A DNA stretch of 59,019 nucleotides, the filler included, from Catajapyx aquilonaris (taxonomy: Eukaryota): NCBI GenBank assembly GCA_000934665.2. It is 2 parts of 2 records of this genome, joined end to end, with 100 filler letters (N's around TTAATTAATTAA, not from the genome) between each part and the next. Parts side by side here need not be neighbours in the genome. Positions count along the whole stretch, not along the records: positions 1 to 29,455 come from JYFJ02004789.1; 1 more part is not named here. One strand, written 5' to 3'. This document shows, piece by piece, positions 1 to 10,900 of the stretch (within the stretch, counting starts at the first letter, position 1; each line of letters starts with the position of its first letter). Under the pieces are notes generated by a model, which was not told the origin of the DNA, did not search any database, and saw only the letters and a program-made list of their open reading frames with translations. A program made the position numbers and the translations under genes.

Positions 1-416
1 CAAGAGACTGCGGAAAAGGTCTGTTATAAACGAGGTCTGTTATAGCCGAATCGTCACACAACGTAAACATAAATTTCTGCTTTCAATGTGGCTGTACCGA
101 CTATGCACTACTAGACTACATACCGATTAATGAAATCTGTCACAAATGCAATATTGATGGCTCACCCGAAAATTATGCAGGACCAAAATATCCGAAATTT
201 CCTTCTGCCGTCTCCTTTTTGCAAATTTTATACCTGGAAAACAATACTGTATTTTCCCACCGAGGGTCCAAGAAATTGTCTGTTATACCCGAGGTGAGGT
301 GAAAATGAGTCTGTTATATCAGGAGTGCAAATACACAGTGCCTAATGGAAGCATGCCGGGACAGCCTTTATAACCAAGTCTGTTATAGCCGAGGCTGTTG
401 TATCCGGATTCAACTG
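1..416. mobile_element. Right end of a Tc1/mariner-superfamily (pogo/Tigger-like) MITE, truncated by the window start
   Basis: Ends ...ATCCGGATTCAACTG|TA (a CAGT-type terminus plus TA). Subterminal GTCTGTTATA motifs recur at about 19, 35, 278, 309 and 378. The left terminus is not in the window. Confidence 0.55.
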
Positions 417-2065
417 TAAATCTGTAATAGGTGCAATGCGTTCACACCAGCGGCAGGGTAACATTTGGCTAATAACAATATGGTGAGGTGGTAAATAAGT
501 ATTGTCGTTTCTCGGTGATGAACAAATGAATTAATGCAAATTAATGACAGAAAAAATACGAGGTAAGAAAATCACAGCTCCAATCCTGTAGCAGTGGGAA
601 CTGTGAGATTTTGAACATAGATCCGCACCATCCCACTGCACCTTCGGCCTTTTGATGAAGGGACCGAATTCCGAATAGTTATTGAGCAAAAAAATTGAGA
701 CGTATTTTTTGGTGGTTTAAAATTTTTTGCGGCGTTTTGAAGAGGAATTAAGTAAAAGTGTAAATGGTAGGAAATCAAGTCACGACGGTGGGGACCTGTG
801 TTCAAAATTTGGAAGCTCTACCTTCAGCAGAACTTGAGTTAGGGCGAATAAAAAAAACGTAACAAGAAGAAGAAGAACAACAAGTAGGAAAAATTCATTG
901 TTGAAACATTGTTGAAATCTATGCTACGGTCTTACTTAAGGGCTATCGCCCTTAAAATAATTCTTACCTTATGGCACAGAATACGAAGAATATACTGGAA
1001 TATTTCATATTGAAAGGCTAGTGTACTGTATACACAACCAGTCTAACTACAAATGGCCTTATTCAATATCTGCAAATTGCGGTTTGGGACCGTGATTAGA
1101 TATGGTATAGTCACGTACGTTCATTGGCCAATCCTTTGCGGTGTTTGAAGTGGTGTAGTAATTTATAACCATGTGAAGTTGAAGGAAATGGTGCTTCCTT
1201 GGGGTCGAGTAGAAGCACAAATATCACAAAAATGTGTATATTATGATAATGAGAATAGTATACATAAAGGCATAATTATGTGGTTTGAAATGAGTGTTAC
1301 CGGTATAATGTTCATCCATAATAAGTATAGTGCATTATCACCTGACAAATTCATTCCATACTTATTTGAGGTGTATTTGGCAGTCACCTTTTCCTTCTCG
1401 GTAAAACCAGAAAAAACTTAAGCATACTCCGCATCTCAACAAGAAAACATGAAAAGGAAGCTGTTGCAGGTACAGTATTCCCACAACCAGACAAAACACG
1501 CAGCTCAATGTAACTTATCAGAAGGACAAGGCACGTACCAAGAATGTTTTCAAATAAACTGTAAACTGTTCTCTATCTAATATTCATCCAATATGACAAA
1601 ATTATGATGATAAGTTCCGTGAAGTGGGAAGAGTGGCAAGAATATACTCTGCTTTTCAAACAGAGAGTGCTGTGCCCGGTCTGAAATGGATTTGGTTTCA
1701 TCAGAGTTATGTGAAAAGCTCCAATGGCTTACAATCGGCAATGGTATCAAATTCACCCTGAAAGAGACCTAACTGATAACTCAGCAACAATTCACTGATC
1801 TTGATGTGGTATATCTATCCTTTTTATTTTAATATGTTACATTAATAGTTTCTACATAATATACACATATACACATAATATACACATATTACCCCTTGCA
1901 TGTGCTTTTATTTCAATACAACATCAAGAATAACCACATAATTATTATACGTATTGTTCAGATTTGGCATGCGAATACAGTTTTACTTTTCGATTTGTAC
2001 AGCACAACAGTTACCCACATACTTGATTATTTTAAAGAGCATTTCCTAACCTTGTCAATACTGTC

Positions 2066-3674
2066 TTAGCCCTTAATTTTATTTGCAATCCAATCCCTGA
2101 AATAATACGGGCTGGCGAATAACGTCATCATCGGACCGCATTCATTGAAGTCCCCCACGCTGGAGTTCCCGATAAGGTATCTCTCGCTGACAATGCCTTC
2201 CAGGTACCACCGACGGTCCAGAGATTCCCCCGATTGGAAGACCAGTCCTGAGCCGTAAGATACTCCTGCGCACCCATCTGTACCTATACATGTACGCACG
2301 GGTTTTAGAACATTTGATCAATACGATGGGATCCCACGTTAGTTATTAAGACAGACACATACTGAGCGTATATTGTATAATAGTCTAGTAGTACTAACCA
2401 TTGGGAGAAAGTGAGCATACTATGCTAAATTCAGGACCAACCCGGCGTTGCATCTCATTCGGAAGACTTCGAATGCAGTCATTTCGGTCGAGAAATAAAT
2501 TAATAGGAAAGTTTACCACCCGCCATTCATAGTCAATGTCTTCGGCTAAGCCCCAACCTGGAACCTACAGTAAATCAAAGCTATATTAATAGTGTGCACC
2601 GATCGCATTTTAGCATCGTCGATTTACAGAAATATATTGGTTACCTCTCCGATGCTTCCTGGAGCCAAGTGTGAGAGTGCATTTTTCCAGGAAGTCTTTG
2701 GCAAACAAACTGGCCTCACGTTTAATGTCATCTGAGCAGGACGATCCAACTCCAGGATGGCTACGAGTATCGACTCGCTCATGAATATTTGCTTCACCTG
2801 GAATGTGGAGACAGGCATCTGTTCAAAATACCTAATTAGTCCGAATGCATTATCACTTGCATCAAATTCTTGCTGATTGGCATCCTTGATGACGTAAGAG
2901 CTGCTGGACTTGCCAAGAATGACTTTGAAGGAAGATGGAGGTCCATCATGTCTTGTGAAGCATCCTCTGTCTAGAATGAAACTACGTATTTGGATTACAC
3001 CACAAGGAGTAGGTTCAGTATAGTGATCATTCATCATCCCAAATGCTCAGTATAGTGGAAGTTCGGTACATTGACTGAACACTATACTAAAAATTCGACT
3101 CCTGAACCGAATCCCGAACATTGTCTGATTTGGGATTATGTCACAAATGACACTGCAAAAACAATGTTGCAGAAACAACTAATATTAACCTGTGATGATG
3201 AACATGTCCTTTACAAGCGAGCCTTCGCAGATATTGATCTGGCCAATATACGATGATGGCCTGAGAAAGTAAATAACAGCATGCCACGGCCAGCTGCTCC
3301 TGGATGTGACCTCGGACCCTTCTCTTATGCCACATTCTATTTGAAAATATGCAATATAATATTATTTAATATCATTAACAATATTGTTAAAATCAATGCC
3401 TTACCCAAGAGGCAGTTGAAGTTGGGGAAGAGGCCTCTAGACCACGATCCGTTTCGTTGGCATAGCCTTGTGTCACTGACACCTCCGTCCCTGGCAGTGT
3501 AATATGCACCGCATTTTAAGGTAGCTACGGTGCCTTCCGGAACATCTCTTTCCTTGCAGGGAATTGTAGCATTGTTGTGGACACATTCAACTAACAGGCC
3601 AGGTCCGTCTTCTACGATAGACGGACATGTTACGGGTGTGGACGTTGATCCTTGATCCTCTCCAGTCGGGTCTG
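2066..3674 (-). CDS. Module B: sushi + serine protease homolog (non-catalytic)
   Basis: TAGHC is TDRGC, the NDIG segment is deleted, GDSGG is GVSYG and the IxxG activation motif is deleted. All exons remain open, indels are in frame, and Cys, WPWH, RPVCLP, GWG and RRWYLEGIVS are retained. Confidence 0.8.
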
Positions 3675-5752
3675 CTGGACATATATATCCGATATAACAG
3701 TGAAGTAAAGGTCACGTTATACTGTAGAAGGTTAGATCAACTGAGAACAGATATTACCCACACTGGCAGAATCCTGAAACCACTTACGCCCACAAGCCAG
3801 TAGGAAACTAATGACTACGACAGCGTTACTTTCTCAACTATGCCAATACTTAACTGCTGGGATCTTAAACAGAGTGTCGGAGATCCAATTCCTGAAGTAA
3901 TACGTGTTTGTAAAGAATGTCACGATCGGATAGCAAGACTTGGGCTCATCTTCGGATTTCTTATTGTTGATTCCCCAACTGACGATGCCTTCCAGGTACC
4001 AACGACGGTCCAGAGCCCCACCGTATGGGAAAACCAGGCCTCCCCCGCTGTCTCCTGTGCATGTACCTGTACCTATAAGCACATACAGAGTAATGAATAA
4101 ATTGTACAAGATCATTCCTCTTCGTTTCATCTTTCAATTCGGGTCGGGCATGCAACGAGCCCTTTGATATTGAATTTTAGACAACATTTTATCAGAGGTT
4201 TGGATATCGACCTGGATCGAATAATTTGGATCTAACGCCAGTTGAACCTTGGTATTAGGAGGGCACACTTTTTACTAAACTAACCATTGAAAAGAGACGC
4301 GCATATCATTTCTGGGCCAATCCCGTCCTGCAGGTGATCAGGAAGTCTCCGAACACACTCGAGAAGATTCACGAAAGGAAGGTTTGCCACCCGAAGTTCA
4401 TCGGCAATGGTCCCGTTTTCGGTCAAGCCCCAACCTGGAACCTGATCAGACTTAGTACTCAGCACCTGTCACATGCTTCTGGTAAAAGTCAACATACTGA
4501 TCCAATGCTTCCTGCAGAAAAGTGAGAGAGTGCGATTTGCCATCTCTTGGGCAGGCAGACAGGTCTCACATCTAATGTAATCCGAGCAGGACGATCCAGC
4601 ACCAGTATGCCGATGTCGTTCTCGATCGGATGTGCAGAGTAGTACTCGTGCATGAATATTTGTTTCACCTGGAATGTAGGAAGCGGTGTTATTCGACACG
4701 CACAACCAAATATTGCTTCAGTTGCATTGTACTTGCATCAAACTCTTGTTGATGCTCGTCCCTGATGTCATAAGAGCTTCTGTATTTGCCGAGAATGACT
4801 TTCATGGAGGATTCTCGATATGGCACAGTTTCACCCTTGCGAGCTAAGCAGTGCCCAGCTGGATGAAATAAATTCTGTTATTGGCTATGAACCTATATCA
4901 AAAACACATGGGGATACGATGAGCATCCAGGAAAGTTAATGATCAAGAAGCAAAGCTCATTTAATGCTCATGAAAACTACAGGGACTACTAAGGATTACG
5001 AAATGACTAACCAGGGGCTTACATAACTATACTTAATTCATAAATGTAAGGAATATATGATGATAATAATATAAGAATTAATGAATATAAGGAAGACCTA
5101 TCAAATTATTGCAGAAACATACTCCATATACAAAACTATACATTATTAACCTGTAACGATGAACCTGTCCTGTACAAGCGATCCTCCGCAAGTATATTTC
5201 CAATCTCGTGATGTCCGCACGTAGATGGCGGCATGCCACGGCCAGTTTCCTCTGAAGGTAGGCTGACCTTCGAAGATTTGTAGCTCTGACGAAGTTGTTT
5301 TCTTGCCACAATCTGTTAGGTAAGGCGCAATAAATGATAAGTGCTAACAAAGTAGTTGACATTCATCGCCTTACCCAAGGCACAACTGTGAAAGCCGTGG
5401 GACCATGTACCGTCTGGTCGGCATTGGCTTCTGTCCCTTATTCCCAAGCCGGTATAATAATTCTCGCATGTGGATGTAGCTACGGTGCCCTCCGGAACAT
5501 TTCCTTTTTTGCAAGAAATTCCTGCATTGTTGTGGACGCATTCAATAATTTGACCTGGACCACTCGCCCGAAGAGGTGGACAAGACGCACGGGAATATCT
5601 GCACGTATGTTGGAATAATATTCAATTAAAATTCGTACTTACCGGTTGTTGTGGACTGTCAATGTTGCAGATCGATACTGGAGTAGCAACAGGTGTGATT
5701 GATATCCTTACCTTAAGGCACAGAGGATGAAGAACACACTGACAATTTTCAT
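2066..5752 (-). CDS. Secreted sushi(CCP)-serine protease gene, Limulus factor C / modular serine protease-like, with two tandem sushi-protease modules (active protease + inactive homolog)
   Basis: Hand-spliced exons (approximate): 5752-5712 (signal MKIVSVFFILCALR), 5598-5375 (sushi, CPPL...GTWS...C), 5312-5151 (CG...LQ|IFEG, WPWHAAIY, CGGSL), 4858-4737 (TAGHC), 4668-4498 (NDIG, RPVCLP), 4441-4285 (GWG), 4072-3855 or to the stop at 3834 (CTGDSGGG, RRWYLEGIVSWG). Module 2: 3773-3758, 3674-3405, 3336-3190, 2970-2861, 2797-2645, 2564-2399, 2283-2066. Intron positions and phases are conserved between the modules. Confidence 0.85.
3834..5752 (-). CDS. Module A: signal peptide + sushi + catalytically intact serine protease domain (could be a stand-alone isoform ending ...VKYWHS*)
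   Basis: His (TAGHC), Asp (NDIG) and Ser (GDSGG) are all present. The activation-site-like sequence is LQ|IFEG. RRWYLEGIVSWG resembles factor C-type proteases. Confidence 0.85.
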
Positions 5753-7574
5753 ACTTCAACTCGGGTGTAACCTACCAGTCTAACTCTCTCTAATATCTAC
5801 AAATTCCTGTTTGCGACCTTGAATACATATTGTACTCAACGCACATTCAGTGGCCACATTGTTCACGTGGCATAGTAATTTATCACTCTGCCCTGATGAT
5901 ATTCTTAGAAGCACAGCATCCTCAATCTCAAATGTTAGTAACGATGCAATATTTACACTTGACATCTCAGCATTGTAATTTCTAGGTTTCAGACTTACTA
6001 AAAACCGACCTTCATCATACACTGCATAAGGAACCAATGGCTGTAATGATTCTAAGAGTATACCGGTACTGAAGTTGCATTTACACATCGTCAAGTGTAT
6101 ACCTTTGCAACTTTACAACCAAAATTACTTCCGCCATATTTCCCTCGATTTTAATATAAATTCCTGCACGCCTTGGCCATTGCAGGCCTTACGTATCTCT
6201 CTCCCTCACCCTGCCACCACTTCCTATATTATTGACCACATTTCCGACATTTTTTCTCCCTTGGGCACGTTCGTCGCTGTACCAAAAATAATATACTCAC
6301 TCTGCAGTAATTTACTTGCATAAGTAGAGTTTAGCCTCAGTTTCAATAATTTCATTCAATATTTAAGCACTAAACATAGCCTATGAATCGGAAGGTTCAT
6401 TGTCTTTAAATGACATCACACGAATTTAAAAGGGGCGTTTCAGTTGGACAAATTTGTCAAATTTGGCCATAAATATATTTTTATCTAACGACCCAATGTA
6501 GCAGAACCTAATCACACAATGCAGGTAAATGCCATCCCCTTCGCGTGTTGTCAAAAAAACTGTAGTTCAGAAGCTCATAAAAATCGACTTTATCATTTCA
6601 GCAAGATCTTTTGACACTAGAAAATGAAGCGGCTAACGACATATGCATGTCCCGAGGGACGGCTTTAAAAATATCGACTGTTTACTTTGCATCCATGCAC
6701 TGGCTTATAAAATAACAGTAATTATTCGCTGCCCCCATTGATGGATCACTGTGATCGATCACTTGCCAAGACGGCCAATCAGGCCAGGGCGTCGCCTCGC
6801 AATATTCCCAATATCCTTCCAGAATCAACATCAATTTGACACACATGCCAATGACTCAAGTCGTTAACAAGCCCGGAACCGTCACGGAATCTTCAAATTG
6901 GGAAAAAATCAAGCACGCCTTTTGCAGTCAGGAAATAGACAAATAAAAACCAAATCAACCTCGGCCTGTTCTTGTCACAGAATTTTGTCTGCTGCAACTC
7001 CTTGTAAATGACGTTGGGAACAGCTGCCTATAGGAAACGTGGATAAAAGTCTCAATGGCAGGAACATTTCCCTTGGCTGCCTTAGAGAGTGACGTGGTTG
7101 TCTAGGGGCCGGAAGGAAACTCTTTGGAGTCGCATACAAAAGCCGTCCTCCGAGGAAATCCTGACGGAAGTTTTACTGCGGACGATGCAGTTAAGTCCGA
7201 CTGCTCAAGAAGTTGGGCAGTAAATCTTTCTAGCTAGACAGATACTGTTGGAACCTTAGAGCTTGGTGCTTGTCAGGTTTAATACACTTAACCTATATAA
7301 AATCAATGCAGACTAGCAACTATAATGCAACTCATGAGATAACCAAATAAAACGTGGCCTTGCACTTGCTCGCGGTTTGGCTCACTTCCGCCCAAGAAAC
7401 CGCGATGTTTTGTCAGTAAAAGCGGCTTATTTTGTCCGCACTGTAGCACATCTCACGTAATAATAATAAGCAGGTCAGCGCAAAAAAATAACTGAAGCGG
7501 ACACTTCAATATTGAAACACGATGTGTACCAGTATTAAACGGTGAGTAAATAATGCAGTCCTTTAACGTGTTAA

Positions 7575-7914
7575 AATTCCAGTCGTGACAAACCGCCCTT
7601 GAACTTGTGCGGATTTCACCTTCACTTGTACTACACTCAAAGTCATCCCCACCAGGGTCGCACTTGTTCAACCACCTTAGTCTGGTGGTCTGGTCTAGAC
7701 TGGACATCCACCACACTGCACACCAACTATAGTGACTTTACACATTACAATTTGTGCCTAAATGTTATTTCAAAAACACTCCGATTGCTCAAGAGAGACA
7801 AGGTGAAAGTCGCTTCAAAAAGGTAGGTCGCTTTTTTAAAGCATGGATTGTTTGGTCCTTGAATGAGAATATGTGTCTTCAATTTATGAATAATTATCTG
7901 CTGTTTAAATACAG
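7575..7914 (+). promoter_or_regulatory. Conserved 5' module of painless copy 1 (putative promoter / 5'UTR exon + short UTR intron)
   Basis: Homologous to 13440-13820, 18112-18499 and 29138-29455. It has a conserved donor AAG|GTAG at 7823 and an acceptor CAG|TGTTGAAAGATG just before the ATG. Confidence 0.65.
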
Positions 7915-7923
7915 TGTTGAAAG

Positions 7924-10900
7924 ATGAGTGACAGCGACGAGTCAGCAGGAGAGGACACGCCTCTACGATCAGACAGTGACGTCACAGGTGAATCTACACT
8001 CATGCAGCTGATCATTAAGAGTGACCTTCAAGGCTTCAAGTCAGCCCTGGCACAGGCCACAAAAGCGCAGGTCAGTTTGGCACTGATCAGGTGAGAGCAG
8101 TGCAGAATAAATTGTTCATACTAAAGTGGTTGCTGGGCGAAACAATTCGTAACATTTTCATGGCACCAGCGGGATTGGCTGTTCGAGTCAGGTTCAGGAG
8201 TGAATATTTTGTCTCTTCTTCTCACACTCAACTGGCATGAAACTCACAAGGGAAGGTCACGGGGTGATAATGACGGATCTTGATGAAATTGATCATGCTA
8301 ATACAGGACAATATATGATATACCCAAAAATGAAATATTTCGTGCGGAACCCCATATTTGCAAAAGTTATGACTTCTTAAAGTTCCAAAAATAATACATT
8401 TTCATACTCCATGGGATTACATTAGCGACCACATATAATGACAATGAAGTGTGTAATCAGTTTCTAGACCTTTTCTCATCGAAAAAAGTCCGTCCGTCCG
8501 TCCGTCTGTGGACAGGTATCAAGGCCTAAACCGTAAAAGATAGCGACAAACGGTTTTCATATTCGGATTGAGCGTGACCAAAATAGGTTTCATGGTCAAT
8601 TTCTGGTGACCCTCCACTTCCGGTCTTCCGGGTTCACTCTATCCGCACAAGTCTACTTTATTACGGGCGGGTGGGTTATCGTTGGATTTCGAAGTTAGTT
8701 TCCGTGTATTCCTGACCGTGTTTTTCGGGGATTTACTCCGGGTTTTACCTGACTCTCTGGCACAGGGGCTGTGGAATTTATTCCTGACGTTGGACATGTT
8801 TGTAATGAGCGTCATCGGCCGCCATGATATTATCGCCCAAGCCGATACTGGAATCGATATGTTGCCTAGGTTACGCTATATCGATTCACATGCTCCCTGA
8901 AAGAATGAGAAAAGGTCTCATCGAATCACGCTCACGTGAGGTAAAACCCGGAGTAAATCCCCGAAAAACACGGTCAGGAATAAACGGAAACTAACTTCGA
9001 AATCCAACGATAACCCGCCCGTAAAGTAGACTCGTGCGGATAGAGTGAACCCGGAAGACCGGAAGTGGCGGGTCACCAGAAGTTGACCATGAAACCTATT
9101 TTGGTCACGCTCAATCCGAATATGAAAACCGTTTGTCGCTATCTCTTACGGTTTAGGCCTTGATACCTGTCCACAGACGGACGGACGGACGGTCAGAGCC
9201 GTTCTGTATGACTTTTTTCCGATGAGAAAAGGTCTAAAAACTGATTATACACTTCAATGTCATTATATGTGGTCGCTAATGTAATCCCATGGAGTATGAA
9301 AATGTATTATTTTTGGAACTTTAAGAAGTCATAACTTTTGCAAATATGGGGTTCCGTACGAAATATTTCATTTTTGGGTATCATATATTGTCCTGTATTA
9401 GCATGTTAAATTTCATCAAGATCCGTCATTATCACCCCGTGACCTTCCCTTGTCAGATAGAGGGGACTCAGCCGTTCTTGATGATGACATAGTCGTTTCG
9501 CTTACCAACTCATAGTACACGGAAATATGCTGAACGACAAGAAAATGCTATGGCACAGTTGGCAAAAAAATTAACAGTAGGCAACTGAGATGTGAAGAAT
9601 ATACGAATACCCATATATTGTTTCAGAAATACTGTAGGTACTTTTTGACACTTGTTAAAAATATATAAATTCCAGGAGATTTAATTGATGGTTCTTGTCC
9701 CATGAATAATATAAACGCAATATTTTTCCTGAGGAAACTAAAGCATGGTGCTGAAGTTACCCTCGCAACAATAATATTGCTCTCAAGTCTCAACTATGAA
9801 TCGAATAAATCAGACAGCATTCTTAGTACGTGTACGTCACTACCGTGCTGTGTATAATTTATCCACACATTGAAGTGGGCTGCTCCATGCAACATGTCAC
9901 TCGTATATAAAAATCTCGCATGTGTGCTTTTCCTCCGTAAATAACAAAATTCCAGCTCTTTTTTATTAAATACGGGTCTTTTTTCTATGACCTCTTTTAA
10001 GCTTCTTCTAACCAGGAGTGGTTCTTTAAACGGGAAATCATCATTGATAATACTATTGATACATTTCTAGAGTAGCCTACGGTTCTCACTTGAGGTAAAC
10101 TTATAAGCAGCATGAGACAAAATAATGGCAGTTGTTGCAGCTATTGAAGATAAGAGAGCAGTACTCACATCGCTCTGTACCCATTCAGATCAACGCCGAG
10201 TGCGACGGGTCATACACGTGCCTGGAATATGCCATCGAACATGGTCTGGTGCATTTTGTCACATCTCTTCTGAAGCACGGCGCCGACCCCCAGAGGTACA
10301 ACACCACCAGGGACGGCAATGCAATACTCTTTGCAGCCAAGAAGGGACAGGACAAGGTGCTCAAGAGTTTTCTGGCACGTGACATCGATCTTCAGGGTAC
10401 CAACAGCCGAGGGAAAACCGCGTTGCACCTGGTTGTGGAGACAGGTGTGGCCAACTTCAAGATGTCGATGGACAACGACCACATACTCCGATGCTTGGAC
10501 ATTCTTCTGGTGGATACGAGATTGGACATTGATTTGGTGGACAAGACTGGAGCGACACCGGTACACATGGCGGCAGTCGGAGGATGGTGGGAAGGTGTGC
10601 AGGCCATACTGAATTACGAGCCTGACCTGGACGTGGAAGTGGAAGGCCGCACCGCCAGAGAGACACTGGAAGATGACTGCCCTGACCTGCTCGTGTTAGC
10701 CAAACCAAAAGGATTCATCAAATCCGGATGCAACTACATGAAAAAGAGGATGTTCAAAGGGCTGTTCGACAGGGACACGGAGAGATTCTTGAGCATGGTA
10801 CCACAGGCATCCGATTTGAACGCTGATGATGGCTTGTACACATTTCTCCAATTAGCCTGCAGAAACGGCTTGTACGATTGCGTCAAAGTACTGCTGGATA

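Noticed and set aside
10132..10188. ORF-track starts of the painless copies (10132, 14900, 19373, 26045)
   Set aside because: These are TTG or internal starts. The conserved upstream ATG exon and splice sites give the real N-termini.
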